Below, piece by piece: positions 41,323-52,573 of a stretch of 64,000 nucleotides of DNA. Where the stretch lies: assembly GCA_963731865.1 (NCBI GenBank), contig CAVSXG010000001.1:56032-120031 (forward strand), given 5' to 3'. The position numbers and the translations under genes are program-made. The stretch is from an uncultured Chloroflexia bacterium. Its GTDB lineage: Bacteria; Chloroflexota; Limnocylindria; Limnocylindrales; CSP1-4. The stretch's first letter is position 1; each line of letters begins with the position of its first letter. The notes under the pieces were generated by a model that was not told the DNA's origin, did not search any database, and was given only the letters and a program-made list of their open reading frames with translations.

Positions 41323-42880
41323 CCCTCCATCCGGAGCTCTTCGAGGTCGAGCTCGCGTTCGATCGCGCGCAGCGTCTGGTCGTTGATCGTCCGCTGATCC
41401 CGGAGCTCGAGGACGGCCGCCCGTTGCGCCGCGATCACGCCTCGCTGGATCTCCTCGTGCTCGATCCGTTCCTGGTGGCGCTCGGCGGTTTCGTCCGGGT
41501 CCTCCGTGGCGAGGTGCTGGGTCCGATCCTGCAGCCCTGATTCGAGCCGGTCGAGCAGCGGCACGTGATCGGGCCACGCGGCCCGTGCCCGGGTGATCTC
41601 GTCGAGCCCGGCCTGGTAGCGCGGCGGCCCTGGCGCGCTGTCGCCTCGTCACCGTCGAGGTCGATCCCTTCGTAGCCTGCCCAGCGCAGGATCCACGGCA
41701 ATGTGAGCCCCTGGCCGACGAGCGTTACGAGGATCACCACGAAGGTCACGAGCAGGATCAGGTTTCGCTCGGGGAAGCCAGCCGGCAGCGCCAGGGCGGC
41801 GGCCAACGAGACGGCGCCCCGCAGGCCGGCCCAGCTGACGACGAAGGTGAGCCTCGCGGCCACCCGTGGATCGCGCCTCGCGATGAGGCGCCGCGGCGAT
41901 CCGGGCAGGAGGCTCGAGGCGAAGACCCAGAGGAACCGTGCCACGACGACGATCACCGAGATCAGGGTGACCACGCCCACGATCTCGATCGCCGCCCGGC
42001 CACCGAGCCCTTCCAGCACAGTTGGCAGCTCGAGCCCGATGAGCAGGAAGACGAACCCGTTGAGGACGAACCCGATCATCTTCCAGCTGGTCAGCCAGAG
42101 GACGCGGCTGCTCGGCGTCAGGATCGTGCCCAGCCGGCTCCCGATCACGAGCCCGGCGGCGACCGCGGCGAGCACCCCGGACAGGCCGAGCTGTTCGGCC
42201 GGGAGATAGGCGGCGAACGGGACCACGAGCGAGATTGCCACCTCGACCGGCGGGTCATCGAGCCGTCGGAGGAGCTCGCCCGCGACCCGACCGATCAGCA
42301 CGCCGAGCGCCGCGCCGCCGATGGCCGCGATCACGAATGTGCCGAGCGCCTCGGACAGGACAAAGGTCCCGCCGACGGCCGCCGCGACGGTCGCCCGGTA
42401 GGCCACGAGCGCGGTGGCGTCATTGAACAAGGCCTCGCCCTCGACGAGGGTCACCACCACGCCAGGTGCCCGGAGTCGTCGGAAGACGCTCGTGGCAGCG
42501 AGGGCATCGGTGGGCGCGACGATCGCGCCAAGGGTGAACGCGGCCGCCCAATCGAGTCCCGGGATCACGGTGTGGGCGACGACGGCGACGATCACCATCG
42601 TGAAAACAACGAGGCCGAGCGACAGGCGGACGAGCGGCGCGAAGTTGGTCCTGAGATCGCGGATCGGCGTCGCGACGGCCGCCGTGAACAGCAGTGGCGG
42701 CAGGAACACGAACAGGACGAGGTCCGGCTCGAGATTGATGCGCGGCAGGCCCGGAACGAACGCGAGCACCAGTCCGCCGAGCACGAACAAGGTGGGATAC
42801 GGCACGCCCAGGCGGCGCGCCAGCTCGTAGAGGATCGCAATCACCACCAGGGTGATCAGAACGGCGGTCAGGATTTCCAC
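41319..42880 (-). CDS. Na+/H+ antiporter (CPA1, NhaG/NhaP-like), frameshift near 41630
   Basis: FLPPLLF, GAIVAPTDA, EGEALFNDATAL, WAGLRGAVSLAAAL, LDLEE. Confidence 0.92.
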
Positions 42881-43034
42881 GGCGGTCCTAGTCGGCCCGG
42901 CGCGCGGTCAGGTCGGCGGTCCGTTGAGGCTGATCCATGGCCGCCCGATTATCGTCGGTCAGGGCACGTCTGACGGCTCCACAGGGGTGGGCCGATCCAC
43001 GTCGCGGTCGCGCCAACCAGTGCATTCTTCCGAA

Positions 43035-43212
43035 TTTCCTGCCAAATGTCGGGCTGGTGCACCTACGGCAGTCTTCGAGGCGGTTGCGGACCGAAACCGG
43101 GAGCGTTGCTGCCCCGATTCACGCTCACGATCGGGTGGCGTGTGCGTCAGCTGGAGCCCTCGGATGCTCTGAACCACGCCCAACGTTCACGACGGCGACA
43201 TTTGGCATGAAA
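43035..43212. repeat. 178-bp intergenic element bounded by 17-bp inverted repeats (1 mismatch)
   Basis: TTTCcTGCCAAATGTCG (43035-43051) and CGACATTTGGCAtGAAA (43196-43212). Confidence 0.65.
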
Positions 43213-43306
43213 CCGGTGCCCGGGCGTCCGGCGACGGGCGGGAGGGAGGGCCGGGATTGGCGCAAACCCGGATTGGCGCGGGCCTAGATCGGCTGGGGAA
43301 CGTGGC

Positions 43307-43765
43307 TCAGCCAGTTGCGAGCTGGGCGGCCATCCGCTCGAACATGGCCGTCCAGCCGGCGGCCTCCTGCAGGTCCGGGTCCGAGGTCGTTCCGTTGAAC
43401 GTCAGCTCGGTGGCGCCGCCGCGATCCTCCAGGGTGACCGCCAGCAATGCCGCCCCAGGGTCGTTCGGGTCGTGGTCGGGCGCGCCCGTGGTGAAGACGA
43501 GGCGGTTGGGCGGATCGACCTCGCGGTAGTGGAATACGGCCGGGAACGCCTCGCCCTTCTCATCCACCATGCTGACTCGCCACGTTCCACCGGGGCGGGC
43601 GTCGACCGAGATCAGGTCGACGGGCGCGCTCCAGCCATCGACCGGTACGAACCAGCGCGAGATCTGTGCAGGATCGGTCCATGCCTCGAACACGCGGGCG
43701 GGCGGAGCCCCGATGGTCTGCCTGACGGTGAAGGGCTGGGGGTTGGGGGTCGGCGAGTCGGTCAT
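43307..43765 (-). CDS. SRPBCC domain protein
   Basis: RVFEAWTDPAQISRWF, VDARPGG.WR, GW..MFERM. Confidence 0.88.
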   Translation of the reverse strand: MTDSPTPNPQPFTVRQTIGAPPARVFEAWTDPAQISRWFVPVDGWSAPVDLISVDARPGGTWRVSMVDEKGEAFPAVFHYREVDPPNRLVFTTGAPDHDPNDPGAALLAVTLEDRGGATELTFNGTTSDPDLQEAAGWTAMFERMAAQLATG

Positions 43766-43891
43766 CGTGTGGTCCGTTCCTCGTGATGTGGGGCGTCGTC
43801 CACGGTTTCACGGCGATCTGGCGGCCAGTCGCAGCGCATCATTGGGGACGCTTCCTCCTAAAGGCTGGGGTTGGGACGTCAGGGGCTACCC

Positions 43892-43913
43892 TTATTCAAC
43901 CACATGATTGATA
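43892..43913. promoter_or_regulatory. Probable ArsR operator
   Basis: Imperfect AT-rich palindrome TTATTCAACCACATGATTGATA just upstream of arsR. Confidence 0.55.
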
Positions 43914-43923
43914 AACGAGTAAG

Positions 43924-44271
43924 GTGAATACGGTGACAGCCGATCAGCTCAGCGCGACCTTCGCGGCCCTCTCGGATCCAACCCGCCGGGCGATCCTGGC
44001 GCGCCTCACCCAGGGCGAGGCCACCGTCACCCAGCTTGCCGAGCCATTCGCGATCAGCGTCCAGGCGGTGTCCCAGCATCTCAAGGTGCTCGAGCGGGCC
44101 GGGTTGATCACCCGGGGACGGACCGCGCAGCTGCGGCCCTCCCGGTTGCACGTCGAGCCACTCCGGGATGCGGTGGTGTGGCTCGAGACCTATCGACAGT
44201 TCTGGGAAGGCGGCTTCGACCGTATGGAGGCACGGATGCGGGCATCGGAGCGTGGGTCCGACCGTGGCTGA
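43924..44271 (+). CDS. ArsR/SmtB family regulator
   Basis: FAALSDPTRRAIL, SQHLKVLERAGLI. Confidence 0.9.
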   Translation: MNTVTADQLSATFAALSDPTRRAILARLTQGEATVTQLAEPFAISVQAVSQHLKVLERAGLITRGRTAQLRPSRLHVEPLRDAVVWLETYRQFWEGGFDRMEARMRASERGSDRG

Positions 44272-44750
44272 TCGGCCCGTTCGGCTCCTCCCTGGCGGCG
44301 ATGGCATCACGATGACCCGGGTATTCGACGCCTCGATCGAGGCCGTCTGGAACGAGTGGACCGAGCCCGCCGCGTTCGCGGACTGGTTCGGCAGCCCGAC
44401 TGGCGAGGTGCCGCTCGACACGGTCTCGATGGACGTGCGCCCCGGCGGCGCGTGGCGGCTGACGATGTTCGACGGAGGCCAGCCGCCGGCGGATCGATTG
44501 GCGAGGCACCTATCTCGAGGTCGACGAACCGAACCGCCTCGTCTTCGACATCACCGACCAGCCCGAGGGCACGTTCCTCGACGTGGTGACCGTGGTCCTC
44601 ACCGACCTCGGCGACGGCCGGACCGAGATGCGCGTCGAACAGCGTGGCGGTGGCATCTCGCCCGACGAGTACCTGCGCGCCGGGACTGGCTGGTCGAAGT
44701 TCTTCGACCGGATCGCGGTGCGACTGGGCGAGGCTACCGCCTCGCAGTAG
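44264..44750 (+). CDS. SRPBCC domain protein, frameshift near 44490
   Basis: TRVFDASIEAVWNEWT, MDVRPGGAWR; then YLEVDEPNRLVF...GWSKFFDR. Confidence 0.82.
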
Positions 44751-45462
44751 CCACCGGGACCGACCGGATCTGCCGCAACGCTTCGGCGAGACCGCCGCTC
44801 CATGGTTCGCCGTGACCGGGAAGCACCCAGGCGGCCTCGAGTCCATCGAGCCTGGCCAGCGATGCCCTGGCCCCCTCCGGATCGAGGGTGAATGGCCCGG
44901 GCTGCAGCCGCTCCTCCCCGGTCAGGACGCTGCGGGTCGTGAACGCGTCGCCCAGGAACACGGCGTCGAGAAACGGCACGTGGACCCCGACGCTGCCAGG
45001 GGTATGACCGGGCAGATGGATGACCCGTGGTGACCCGGGCACATCGAGGGTTCCCTCCGTGACGGTCACGACCTCCCTGAGTGGCGTGATCCGCAGCCCG
45101 CCCTTTCGGGCCGTGTACGCCAGGAAACCCAGGAGCGGGCCGATCTTCATCGGGCCCCAACCGGACGACGGCTTCCTGACCTCGCCGCGGGCCCGTCCGG
45201 CGTCCAGCTCGTGGACGTAGATCGGGATACCGCGCTCACGACGGATCCGCTCCGCGAACCCGATGTGATCCGTGTCGCCATGGGTCAGGACGACGGCCCG
45301 GACGTCATCGAGCGATCGGCCCATCGCTGCCAGCTCCTTGGGGAGCTCCGACCAGTAGCCCGGCAGACCGGCATCGATGATCGTGACGAGGCCGGATTCT
45401 TCGACAAGGTAACTGTTGACGAGGCTCGAGCCCAGCCGGTGGAGCGATGTGGTGAGCTTCAT
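44734..45462 (-). CDS. MBL-fold metallo-hydrolase
   Basis: THGDTDHIG, PGHTPG, GDA, PGHG. Confidence 0.9.
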   Translation of the reverse strand: MKLTTSLHRLGSSLVNSYLVEESGLVTIIDAGLPGYWSELPKELAAMGRSLDDVRAVVLTHGDTDHIGFAERIRRERGIPIYVHELDAGRARGEVRKPSSGWGPMKIGPLLGFLAYTARKGGLRITPLREVVTVTEGTLDVPGSPRVIHLPGHTPGSVGVHVPFLDAVFLGDAFTTRSVLTGEERLQPGPFTLDPEGARASLARLDGLEAAWVLPGHGEPWSGGLAEALRQIRSVPVATARR

Positions 45463-45629
45463 GCCCGGTTGCGCGTGGCCATGGCGATCAGCCTACGAGC
45501 GTTGTCGAATTCCAGTCGAACCTGTTCGTCGTTTGAGCAGGTCGGCATGGAGCCGCCGCGCGACGCCGTCGGTGACGCGGAACGAAACCGATGGCCGGGG
45601 CTTCTTCACGCCTGCGCTGCGGTGGTCGG

Positions 45630-46208
45630 TCAGCTGCCCAGCCGGCGTTCGATCCGCAGATCCGGGATGAACCAGATGAGGGCGACGAAGACGTACAACC
45701 CGAACGAGACCAACGGCAACCCCAGCAGCGCGATCGGGATCGCCGCTGCATACCCGAGCGGCGAGAACCTGCCCTTTCGATCACTGCCCACCGCCTGGGC
45801 GAGCACCGAATCGGCACCTTCGCGGGCGATGAGCGCCCGGACGAGGATGTAGTAGGCGACGGCGGCCGCGAGGAGGACCACGCCATAGGCCGCAACCGGG
45901 ATCGGCGCGAAGCTGTTCTCACCCATCCAGGCGGTGCCGAATGGGAACAGGGACAGCCAGAACAGGAGGTGGAGGTTCGCCCACAGGATGCGTCCATCGA
46001 CGTGATGCGCGGCCTGGAGCAGGTGGTGGTGGTTGTTCCAGTAGATCCCGAGGTTGAGAAAGCTCAGGACGTAGCTCAGGAAGACCGCTCCAAGCGGCGC
46101 CAGGTCCTCCAGCTGATCGCCGTGCGGGACCCCGAGCTCGAGCACCATGATCGTGATCAGGATCGCCATGACCCCGTCGCTGAACGCCTCGAGCCGGCCC
46201 TTGGTCAT
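45630..46208 (-). CDS. TMEM175 (DUF1211) K+ channel-like membrane protein
   Basis: RLEAFSDGVMAILITIMVLEL, YWNNHH. Confidence 0.92.
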   Translation of the reverse strand: MTKGRLEAFSDGVMAILITIMVLELGVPHGDQLEDLAPLGAVFLSYVLSFLNLGIYWNNHHHLLQAAHHVDGRILWANLHLLFWLSLFPFGTAWMGENSFAPIPVAAYGVVLLAAAVAYYILVRALIAREGADSVLAQAVGSDRKGRFSPLGYAAAIPIALLGLPLVSFGLYVFVALIWFIPDLRIERRLGS

Positions 46209-46744
46209 CGCGCCGGTTCCTTGCCCGTCGGAACGCCGGCGTGGTCCGTCGCACCTTCCACCCAGGTGTTGTCGTGCTCGTCGTAGAACGCCTCGACCTC
46301 GTCCTTGCCCGGTCGACCCTCGACCGCCCACCTGGCCAGGCCCTCGAAATAGGCCTCCCGGGGAGCACCGGGCGCGAAGTGGATCAGCATCGACGCCGGG
46401 GCCCCGGACTCGTTGCGGAAGCCGTGGATCCCACCGATCGGGACATGGACGAAGTCACCGGGTTCGGCGTCGATCCACGTGGTCCCGTCGTAGATCCGGA
46501 CGCTCCCACTGAGGACGTAGAACGACTCGGCGAGCGTCCGGTGGAAGTGCGGCCCGGGACCGGACACCTCGGCGGTCATGTTCCAGCGATAGAGCCCGAA
46601 CAGCCCGCCGGTGGATGCGCCCGTCGCGAGATAGTCGGCGGTCGTGCCATTGGCATACGTGATATCGGCTGGCGCCGAGGTCCGGCGAAGCGTGGCGCTT
46701 GCCTCGCCGGTCTCGGCCGAATAGCGTCGTTCCGGGTAGCTCAT
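46205..46744 (-). CDS. Cupin domain protein
   Basis: GPGPHFH..ESFYVLSG...HGFRN. Confidence 0.85.
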   Translation of the reverse strand: MSYPERRYSAETGEASATLRRTSAPADITYANGTTADYLATGASTGGLFGLYRWNMTAEVSGPGPHFHRTLAESFYVLSGSVRIYDGTTWIDAEPGDFVHVPIGGIHGFRNESGAPASMLIHFAPGAPREAYFEGLARWAVEGRPGKDEVEAFYDEHDNTWVEGATDHAGVPTGKEPAR

Positions 46745-46807
46745 CGTGGTTGGTCCTCCGGTGGGTCGGGTCGTCGCCGCAGTGGGGCGAGCGTATCCTG
46801 TCGAGCC

Positions 46808-47188
46808 ATGGCTTCGTACACCGTGAACAAACGGGCCGTCGCCCACGCTCGCAGCCTGATCGATGCCCGGCAATACGTGCTCGACAGCGACTGGGGCGAG
46901 TCCCAGCCCTCGGCGGACGACGAGAACACGTTCCTCGAAACGCATTCGTGGGACGAATACGGCGAATGGCACCTCGGGCTGACCGACGACGCGACCGACG
47001 AGACCAAGGGCCGCTACGCCTTCGTGTTCGGTGATCTGCGACGGATCCACCGGACGGGCATCATCGCCTGCCACTTCCGGGCCGCCGAATGGCGCCACAA
47101 GGAGATCGAGCTCGCCGCGCACGAGCTGCTCCAGTACATCGACAAGAAGGCGCCAAAGCCGCGCGGGAGCGGGCGCTCGCAGTCCTGA
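46808..47188 (+). CDS. Conserved hypothetical protein
   Basis: HARSLIDARQYVLDSDW...EYGEWHLG..KGRYAFVFGD; good coding bias. Confidence 0.75.
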   Translation: MASYTVNKRAVAHARSLIDARQYVLDSDWGESQPSADDENTFLETHSWDEYGEWHLGLTDDATDETKGRYAFVFGDLRRIHRTGIIACHFRAAEWRHKEIELAAHELLQYIDKKAPKPRGSGRSQS

Positions 47189-47252
47189 CGGCTCAAAGGG
47201 AACCAGCCGGCTCCCCCCAGAGAGCCGGCTGGTGGAATAGACGCTGTCGTCG

Positions 47253-48228
47253 CTACGGCGATGTCGGCAGGCGGGTAATCCAGTACGGCGTGGTCGGGGT
47301 CGGCGTGGTGTTGAACCGCGCATTGACGACCCACAGGCTGCCGAGGGCAAAGGTCGCGGTCGTCGGCACGTCGAGTGCGCCGGGCGTCGGCGACTTGATT
47401 TCGCCCACGAGGGACGCGCTCAACAGGTCGCTGCCGAGGTTGAAGACCGCCACCAGGTTGTCCTGGTTGCGGACGACGTAGAGGAGGCCTTCCCGCAGGG
47501 CCAAGCCGTCACCGTTGGTCACGGCGTACGCGCCGGTGGCGATCGTCTTCGTGTCGCCGGTCTTCGGGTCCACACGGAACAGCTTCCCGGCGTTGCCCTG
47601 GACGATGATCAGGAAGCCGTCCTTGGCGACGATCCCGTTGGCGTTGAACTGGTTGGGGACGACGACAAAGTCACCAGTCAGCGCGAGCAGGCTGGCCTCA
47701 TCGGGATCGGGCAGGCGCCCGCCCCTGCCGAGCGGCACGACGGCGAGCTGCCGATTGTTCGAGTCGGTCGCGTAGACGGCCTTGCGCGTAATCGCGAGGT
47801 CGTTGATGAACCCGGCCGTCGGGAACGTGTACGTCTCGAGCAGCCGCCCGGTCAGCGCGTTGTAGACGCGGACCGTGTGGTTGTTGCCACCGGCGACCCA
47901 GAGCCGGCCACGCCAGTCGATGTGGAGACCGACGGCCATGCGGCCTTCGACGCCATCGACGAGGACCGATCCTTCACCGGTCCGGGCGCTGCCGCGCCAG
48001 ATCGCGCCGTTGGCGAGCGATCCGACATACAGGCGGCTCCGGAATGCACTGGTGATTCCTTCCGGTCGCCAGCCGTCAGGCAGGGAAATCGTGGCTGGAA
48101 GCTCGGCGCGAGGCGGCGACCAACGATCCGAACCCGGATCGATCGCGATCGTGTGCCCCGACGCCCGGTACGAGGGTGAACGTGAGGGCCATGACGAGCC
48201 CAACTGCAAGGCTGAGTCGACGAGTCAT
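47253..48228 (-). CDS. Secreted SMP-30/gluconolactonase-like beta-propeller, frameshift near 48130
   Basis: GAGGAGG RBS, signal peptide; LPDGWRPEGI, FINDLAI, ANGIV, GDGL, PTTA. Confidence 0.8.
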
Positions 48229-48486
48229 TGCGTCGCTGTCCTCCTCTGCGCCCCGGTGGTAAGGGACGGCCCCGGCACGTTGTCGCACGAACGCCACAGG
48301 CGGGTGGTCGAGCGGGGCAATCCAATGGTAGATACGACGAGTTGGCGCGATGGGTTTCGGGGCGTGACTCGACGTTTCATGGGCGTTGCAAAGGCGAGAC
48401 GAGGCCAACGCGACGCCCTTTGGCCCGCCGCAACGGGCCGAATGTCACCTGTCCCGCGCTTGACGCGCGCGAGCACCATCCGGGCG

Positions 48487-49827
48487 ATGGACACACTGCC
48501 GCACGTCTCCCTGCCCCCCACCGCAATCGATGAGCTGGCCCTCTCGAGGCGCAGGTTCCTGCGCAACGCCGCGTTGACCGGCGGCGGCCTCGTGGCGGCC
48601 GCGGGGCTGGCGGCCTGTGCCCCGGCCGGCAGTGCAGCGGGTTGGACCTTCGGCCCGGACCTCGCGGCGGCGAGCGCCGCACCCGAGGCCGGAGCGAGCC
48701 CGTCCGCGAGCGCCGCGGCGAGCCACACATGCATCCGCAGCCCCGCGGCGTCCGCGTCCGCCGGCCCCGGGCGGCCCGATGCCGGCCGGCTGGAGCGAAC
48801 ACGACGTCGCGGCCCGGGACGTCGTCCGCCGCTACATCGGGAACCTCGCGCCGGCGCTTGCCGACATCTATCCGGAGCCGGTCTTCACCAGGCTCGCCGG
48901 GATCCTCGGCGTCGAGGACGACTACCCCGAGCTCGCGGCCAAGCCGGCCTTCGTCCAGGTGCCCGCAGCTCTTCCTCAGCGACGCCTTGACGCCGCTCAC
49001 CCCGGAGCTCGACGGCGACGTCAAGGTCTTCAAGCTCACCATCGACGAGATCGAGCAGCGGATCGACGAGAAGGGCGACCCGATCGCCGGTCTCGGCTAC
49101 AACGGCCAGTGGCCGGGCCCGACCATCCGGGTGAACCAGGGCGACAAGGTTCGGGCGGAGTTCACCAACAACCTCAAGGAGTCGACGGGCGTCCACTTCC
49201 ACGGCGTCGAGTTCGAGGACTTCTTCATGGACGGCGTGCCGTTCGTGACCCAGCAGCCGATCGTCCCGGGCGAGACGTACGCCTACGAGTTCACGGCGGT
49301 CAACCCGGGCTCGCTGATGTACCACTCGCACCACAACGCGACGGACCAGGTCGGTCGTGGGCTCCTCGGGGCGTTCCTCGTCGACCCGACGCCCGATCCG
49401 GTCCAGTACGACCGCGAGTACGTGTGGATCTCGAACGATCAGCTCGGCGGGTTCACGATCAACGGCCACGGCTTCCCGGCCGTTGTGCCGGTCCTCGCCG
49501 CGGTCGGCGAGCGCGTCCGGATCCGGTTCATGAACGAGGGAATCATGATGCACCCGTGGCATCTCCACGGGATGCCGATGCGGGTCGTCGAACGCGACGG
49601 CTGGCCGCTCGGTGGCGCCGAGTTCACCTGCGACACCCTGGGCGTCAACCCGGGCGAGCGCTGGGACGTGATCATCGAGGCGAAGACGCCCGGCGTCTGG
49701 GCGTTCCACTGCCACATCCTGCCCCACGCCGAGGCCATGAACGGCATGTTCGGCATGGTCAACGCGATGATCGTGGTGCCCGAAGCCGGCACACGTCGAC
49801 GCGATCGTGGCCGCCTTGCTCGCGTAG
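48487..49827 (+). CDS. Tat-exported two-domain multicopper oxidase; frameshifts near 48730, 48960 and 49790
   Basis: SRRRFLR Tat motif; VHFHG, MYHSH, HPWHLHG, FHCHILPHAE..M. Confidence 0.88.
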
Positions 49828-49842
49828 GCAGGCACGCGCAGG

Positions 49843-51384
49843 CTAGCTTCCGGGCTCGACCCACCCGAGGGACCGTTCCACGCCCTTGTGCCAGCGGGCG
49901 ATCCCGGCCGCTCGCGCGGCCTCGTCCATCGACGGCTCCCAGCGCCGGTCCGCGCGGTCCATGGCTCGGAGCTCGTCCAGACCGCTCCAGAACCCGACGG
50001 CGAGACCCGCCGCGTAGGCCGCCCCGAGGGCCGTCGTCTCGGCGATGGGCGGCGCCACGACCGATCGACCCAGGATGTCGGCCTGGAACTGCATCAGCAG
50101 CTCGTTCGCGATCATCCCGCCGTCCACCCGCAGCTCCCCGGGGAGTGGCGCACCGAGGTCCGCGGCCATCGCCTCGCACAGGTCGTGCGACCTGGTACGC
50201 GGTGGCCTCGATCGCGGCCCGCGCGATGTGTCCTCGTGTCGACGAACGCGGTCAGCCCGGCGATCACGCCTCGAGCGTCCGCTCGCCAGTGCGGCGCGAA
50301 CAGGCCGGAGAACGCGGGCACGAAGACGACGTCGCCGCTATCCGGCACGGAACGGGCGAGCGCCTCGACCTCACGCGCGTCGCCGATGATCCCGAGGTTG
50401 TCCCGCAACCAGCCGATGAGCGAGCCCGTGACGGCGACGGAACCCTCCAGCGCGTAGGTCGCAGGCGCCTCCCCGATCCGGGCCGCGACCGTCGTGATCA
50501 GGCCATGTCGCGACGGGACTGGCCGCTCGCCCGTGTGCATGAGCAGGAACGCGCCGGTTCCGTACGTGCATTTCATCTGGCCAGGCTCGAAACAGGCCTG
50601 GCCGAACAACGCGGCGTGCTGGTCGCCAAGATCGCCCGCGATCGGGACGCCGGCCAGCTCCCCCACCCCGACGCCATAGACCTCGGACGACGAGCGGATT
50701 TCGGGGAGCATGCGCGCCGGGATGTCGATCGTCGCCAGGAGCCCGGGCTCCCAGGCGAGCGTCTCGAGGTTCATGAGCATCGTCCGCGAGGCATTCGTGA
50801 CGTCGGTCACGTGGATGCCCCCGTCGGGCCGCCCGTCAGGTGCCAGATCAGCCAGGTGTCGATCGTGCCGAACAGGAGATCGCCTTGTCCGGCCGCCGCA
50901 CGACGGGCCGCGCCGTGTCACCGCCGCCCTCGTCGAGGATCGCGGCGAGCTTGAGCGCGGACGAGTAGGTCGAGATCGGCAGGCCGGTCGTCGCGCGAAA
51001 GCGATCGATCCCGTCCGTCGCCGTCCGCTGCGAGCCGCGTGCAGGCGTCGGCGGTCCGCGTGTCCTGCCACACGATCGCGTTGGCGATCGGGCGGCCGGT
51101 CGAGCGCGACCAGACGACCGTGGTTTCGCGCTGGTTGCTGATCCCGACGGCGGCGAGCGAACCGGCGTCGGCGCCCGCGCTTCCGAGCGCCCCCGGATGC
51201 ACGCCCGGACGCGCTCGAGGATCTCGTCCGGATCGTGCTCGACCCAGCCGGCCGCGGCGTGATCTGGCGATGCTCCAGCTGGTGACTGGACACGGGACGG
51301 CCATCGTGTCCGAACAGGATGCACCGGCTGCTCGTGGTGCCCTGGTCGATGGCGGCGACCAAGCGACCGGGGAGCGGCGCTCAT
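49843..51384 (-). CDS. glpK: Glycerol kinase; several frameshifts
   Basis: [57 protein letters not shown]. Confidence 0.95.
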
Positions 51385-51394
51385 CGAGCCACGC

Positions 51395-52441
51395 TCAGGA
51401 GCTCAGCGGTGCGATCCAGAAGACCTTGATCAGCTCGTTCAGGACCGTGTAGATCAGCGGAGCGCTGGCGATCAGCACCGCGCGACCAAAGGCAACGGTG
51501 TCGGCAAATGGCCAGGTCGTCATCTCCTGGACGGTCTTGCGCAAGGGAACCAGCGTATTGGTCCGCTGGTTGAGCGAGGCGATTGCCGACGTGTCGTCGC
51601 TGTTGCGATTCATGTGGTCGTAGACACCGGCGATCTTGCCGTTGATATCGGCAAGAACCGCTTCCTTCGCGTCCGACATCTGGCGGTGGATCCCGCGCAA
51701 AGGAAAGAGCAGCGCGACGATGCTCGCGGACGCGGCGAGGAGGAGCACGGTCCAGCTGAGCCAGCTCGAGGGCGAGCCGAGGCCGAACAACAGGATCCCG
51801 ACGATGCCGACCGGCGCGAGGGCACTTGCGAGCGCGATGTTGCCAAACGGCAGGAGGTTGGTTGTGTCGAAGACGTCGACCACGAGCGGCTCGCGCGACA
51901 GCTCACCGAGCGCTCGGCCGAGACTGATGGACAGGTAGATCAGGCTGAGACCGGCCCAGCCTGCCACTGTGTAGCCGGCAAGGATGACCAACGCGGTGAA
52001 CGGATCCCCCGGCAGGAAGAGGGGCTGATTCGTGATCGGGTCATTCGTGAGTGGCAACTCGAGCGAGAGCCCGGAGAAGAGCACGGTGACGATCAGGGCG
52101 GAGGCGGCCAGGATCACCAGGCTCGTCGTCGCGTCTGGCGGTCGCAGGCGATGGACATAGGTGCGAAAGGCGGTCGGGTCCAGGCGCAGCACGCGCTCGA
52201 GGGACGGCAACGAGCGCCGGACCGTTCGATCGACCAGTCGCAGGATCAACAGCTCGTACAAGACGACCGCGATGAGCGTCCAGCGAGGCGAGAACTCCGG
52301 CTGGACCATCTGCAGCGGGGCGCTGTCGGCGAGATCTTCGGCTACCTGGCCCGCGACGACGATCGCAAAGGCGACGATCGAGACATACCGTGATGGGAAA
52401 TGCAGGCGATCGAGCCCAAGCCGATTGCGTGCGGCCTGCAT
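51395..52441 (-). CDS. Multi-pass membrane protein of unknown function (start could be as far up as 52570)
   Basis: Long ORF with about 7 hydrophobic segments; C-terminal TWPF motif. Confidence 0.7.
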   Translation of the reverse strand: MQAARNRLGLDRLHFPSRYVSIVAFAIVVAGQVAEDLADSAPLQMVQPEFSPRWTLIAVVLYELLILRLVDRTVRRSLPSLERVLRLDPTAFRTYVHRLRPPDATTSLVILAASALIVTVLFSGLSLELPLTNDPITNQPLFLPGDPFTALVILAGYTVAGWAGLSLIYLSISLGRALGELSREPLVVDVFDTTNLLPFGNIALASALAPVGIVGILLFGLGSPSSWLSWTVLLLAASASIVALLFPLRGIHRQMSDAKEAVLADINGKIAGVYDHMNRNSDDTSAIASLNQRTNTLVPLRKTVQEMTTWPFADTVAFGRAVLIASAPLIYTVLNELIKVFWIAPLSS

Positions 52442-52573
52442 CGCTGGGGCGGACCGACCATCCGACGGGCGCGCCGATCCGGGGTTGGACTCCGTCGTCC
52501 TTATCGATTCTTCCGGAATTGACTTCGCCACAGGCCCGCTCGCACCCCGGAACGCTGGAATGGCCCGCATTGT

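Noticed and set aside
48642-50954. Long ORFs antisense to or running through real genes (e.g. 48642-50954, 58627-60993 N-terminus, 60945-63011, 5190-6509)
   Set aside because: Typical high-GC shadow ORFs or frameshift read-through; Arg/Pro/Ala-rich with no domain motifs.
49843-51384. glpK without glpF/glpD as something unusual
   Set aside because: Stand-alone glycerol kinases are common.
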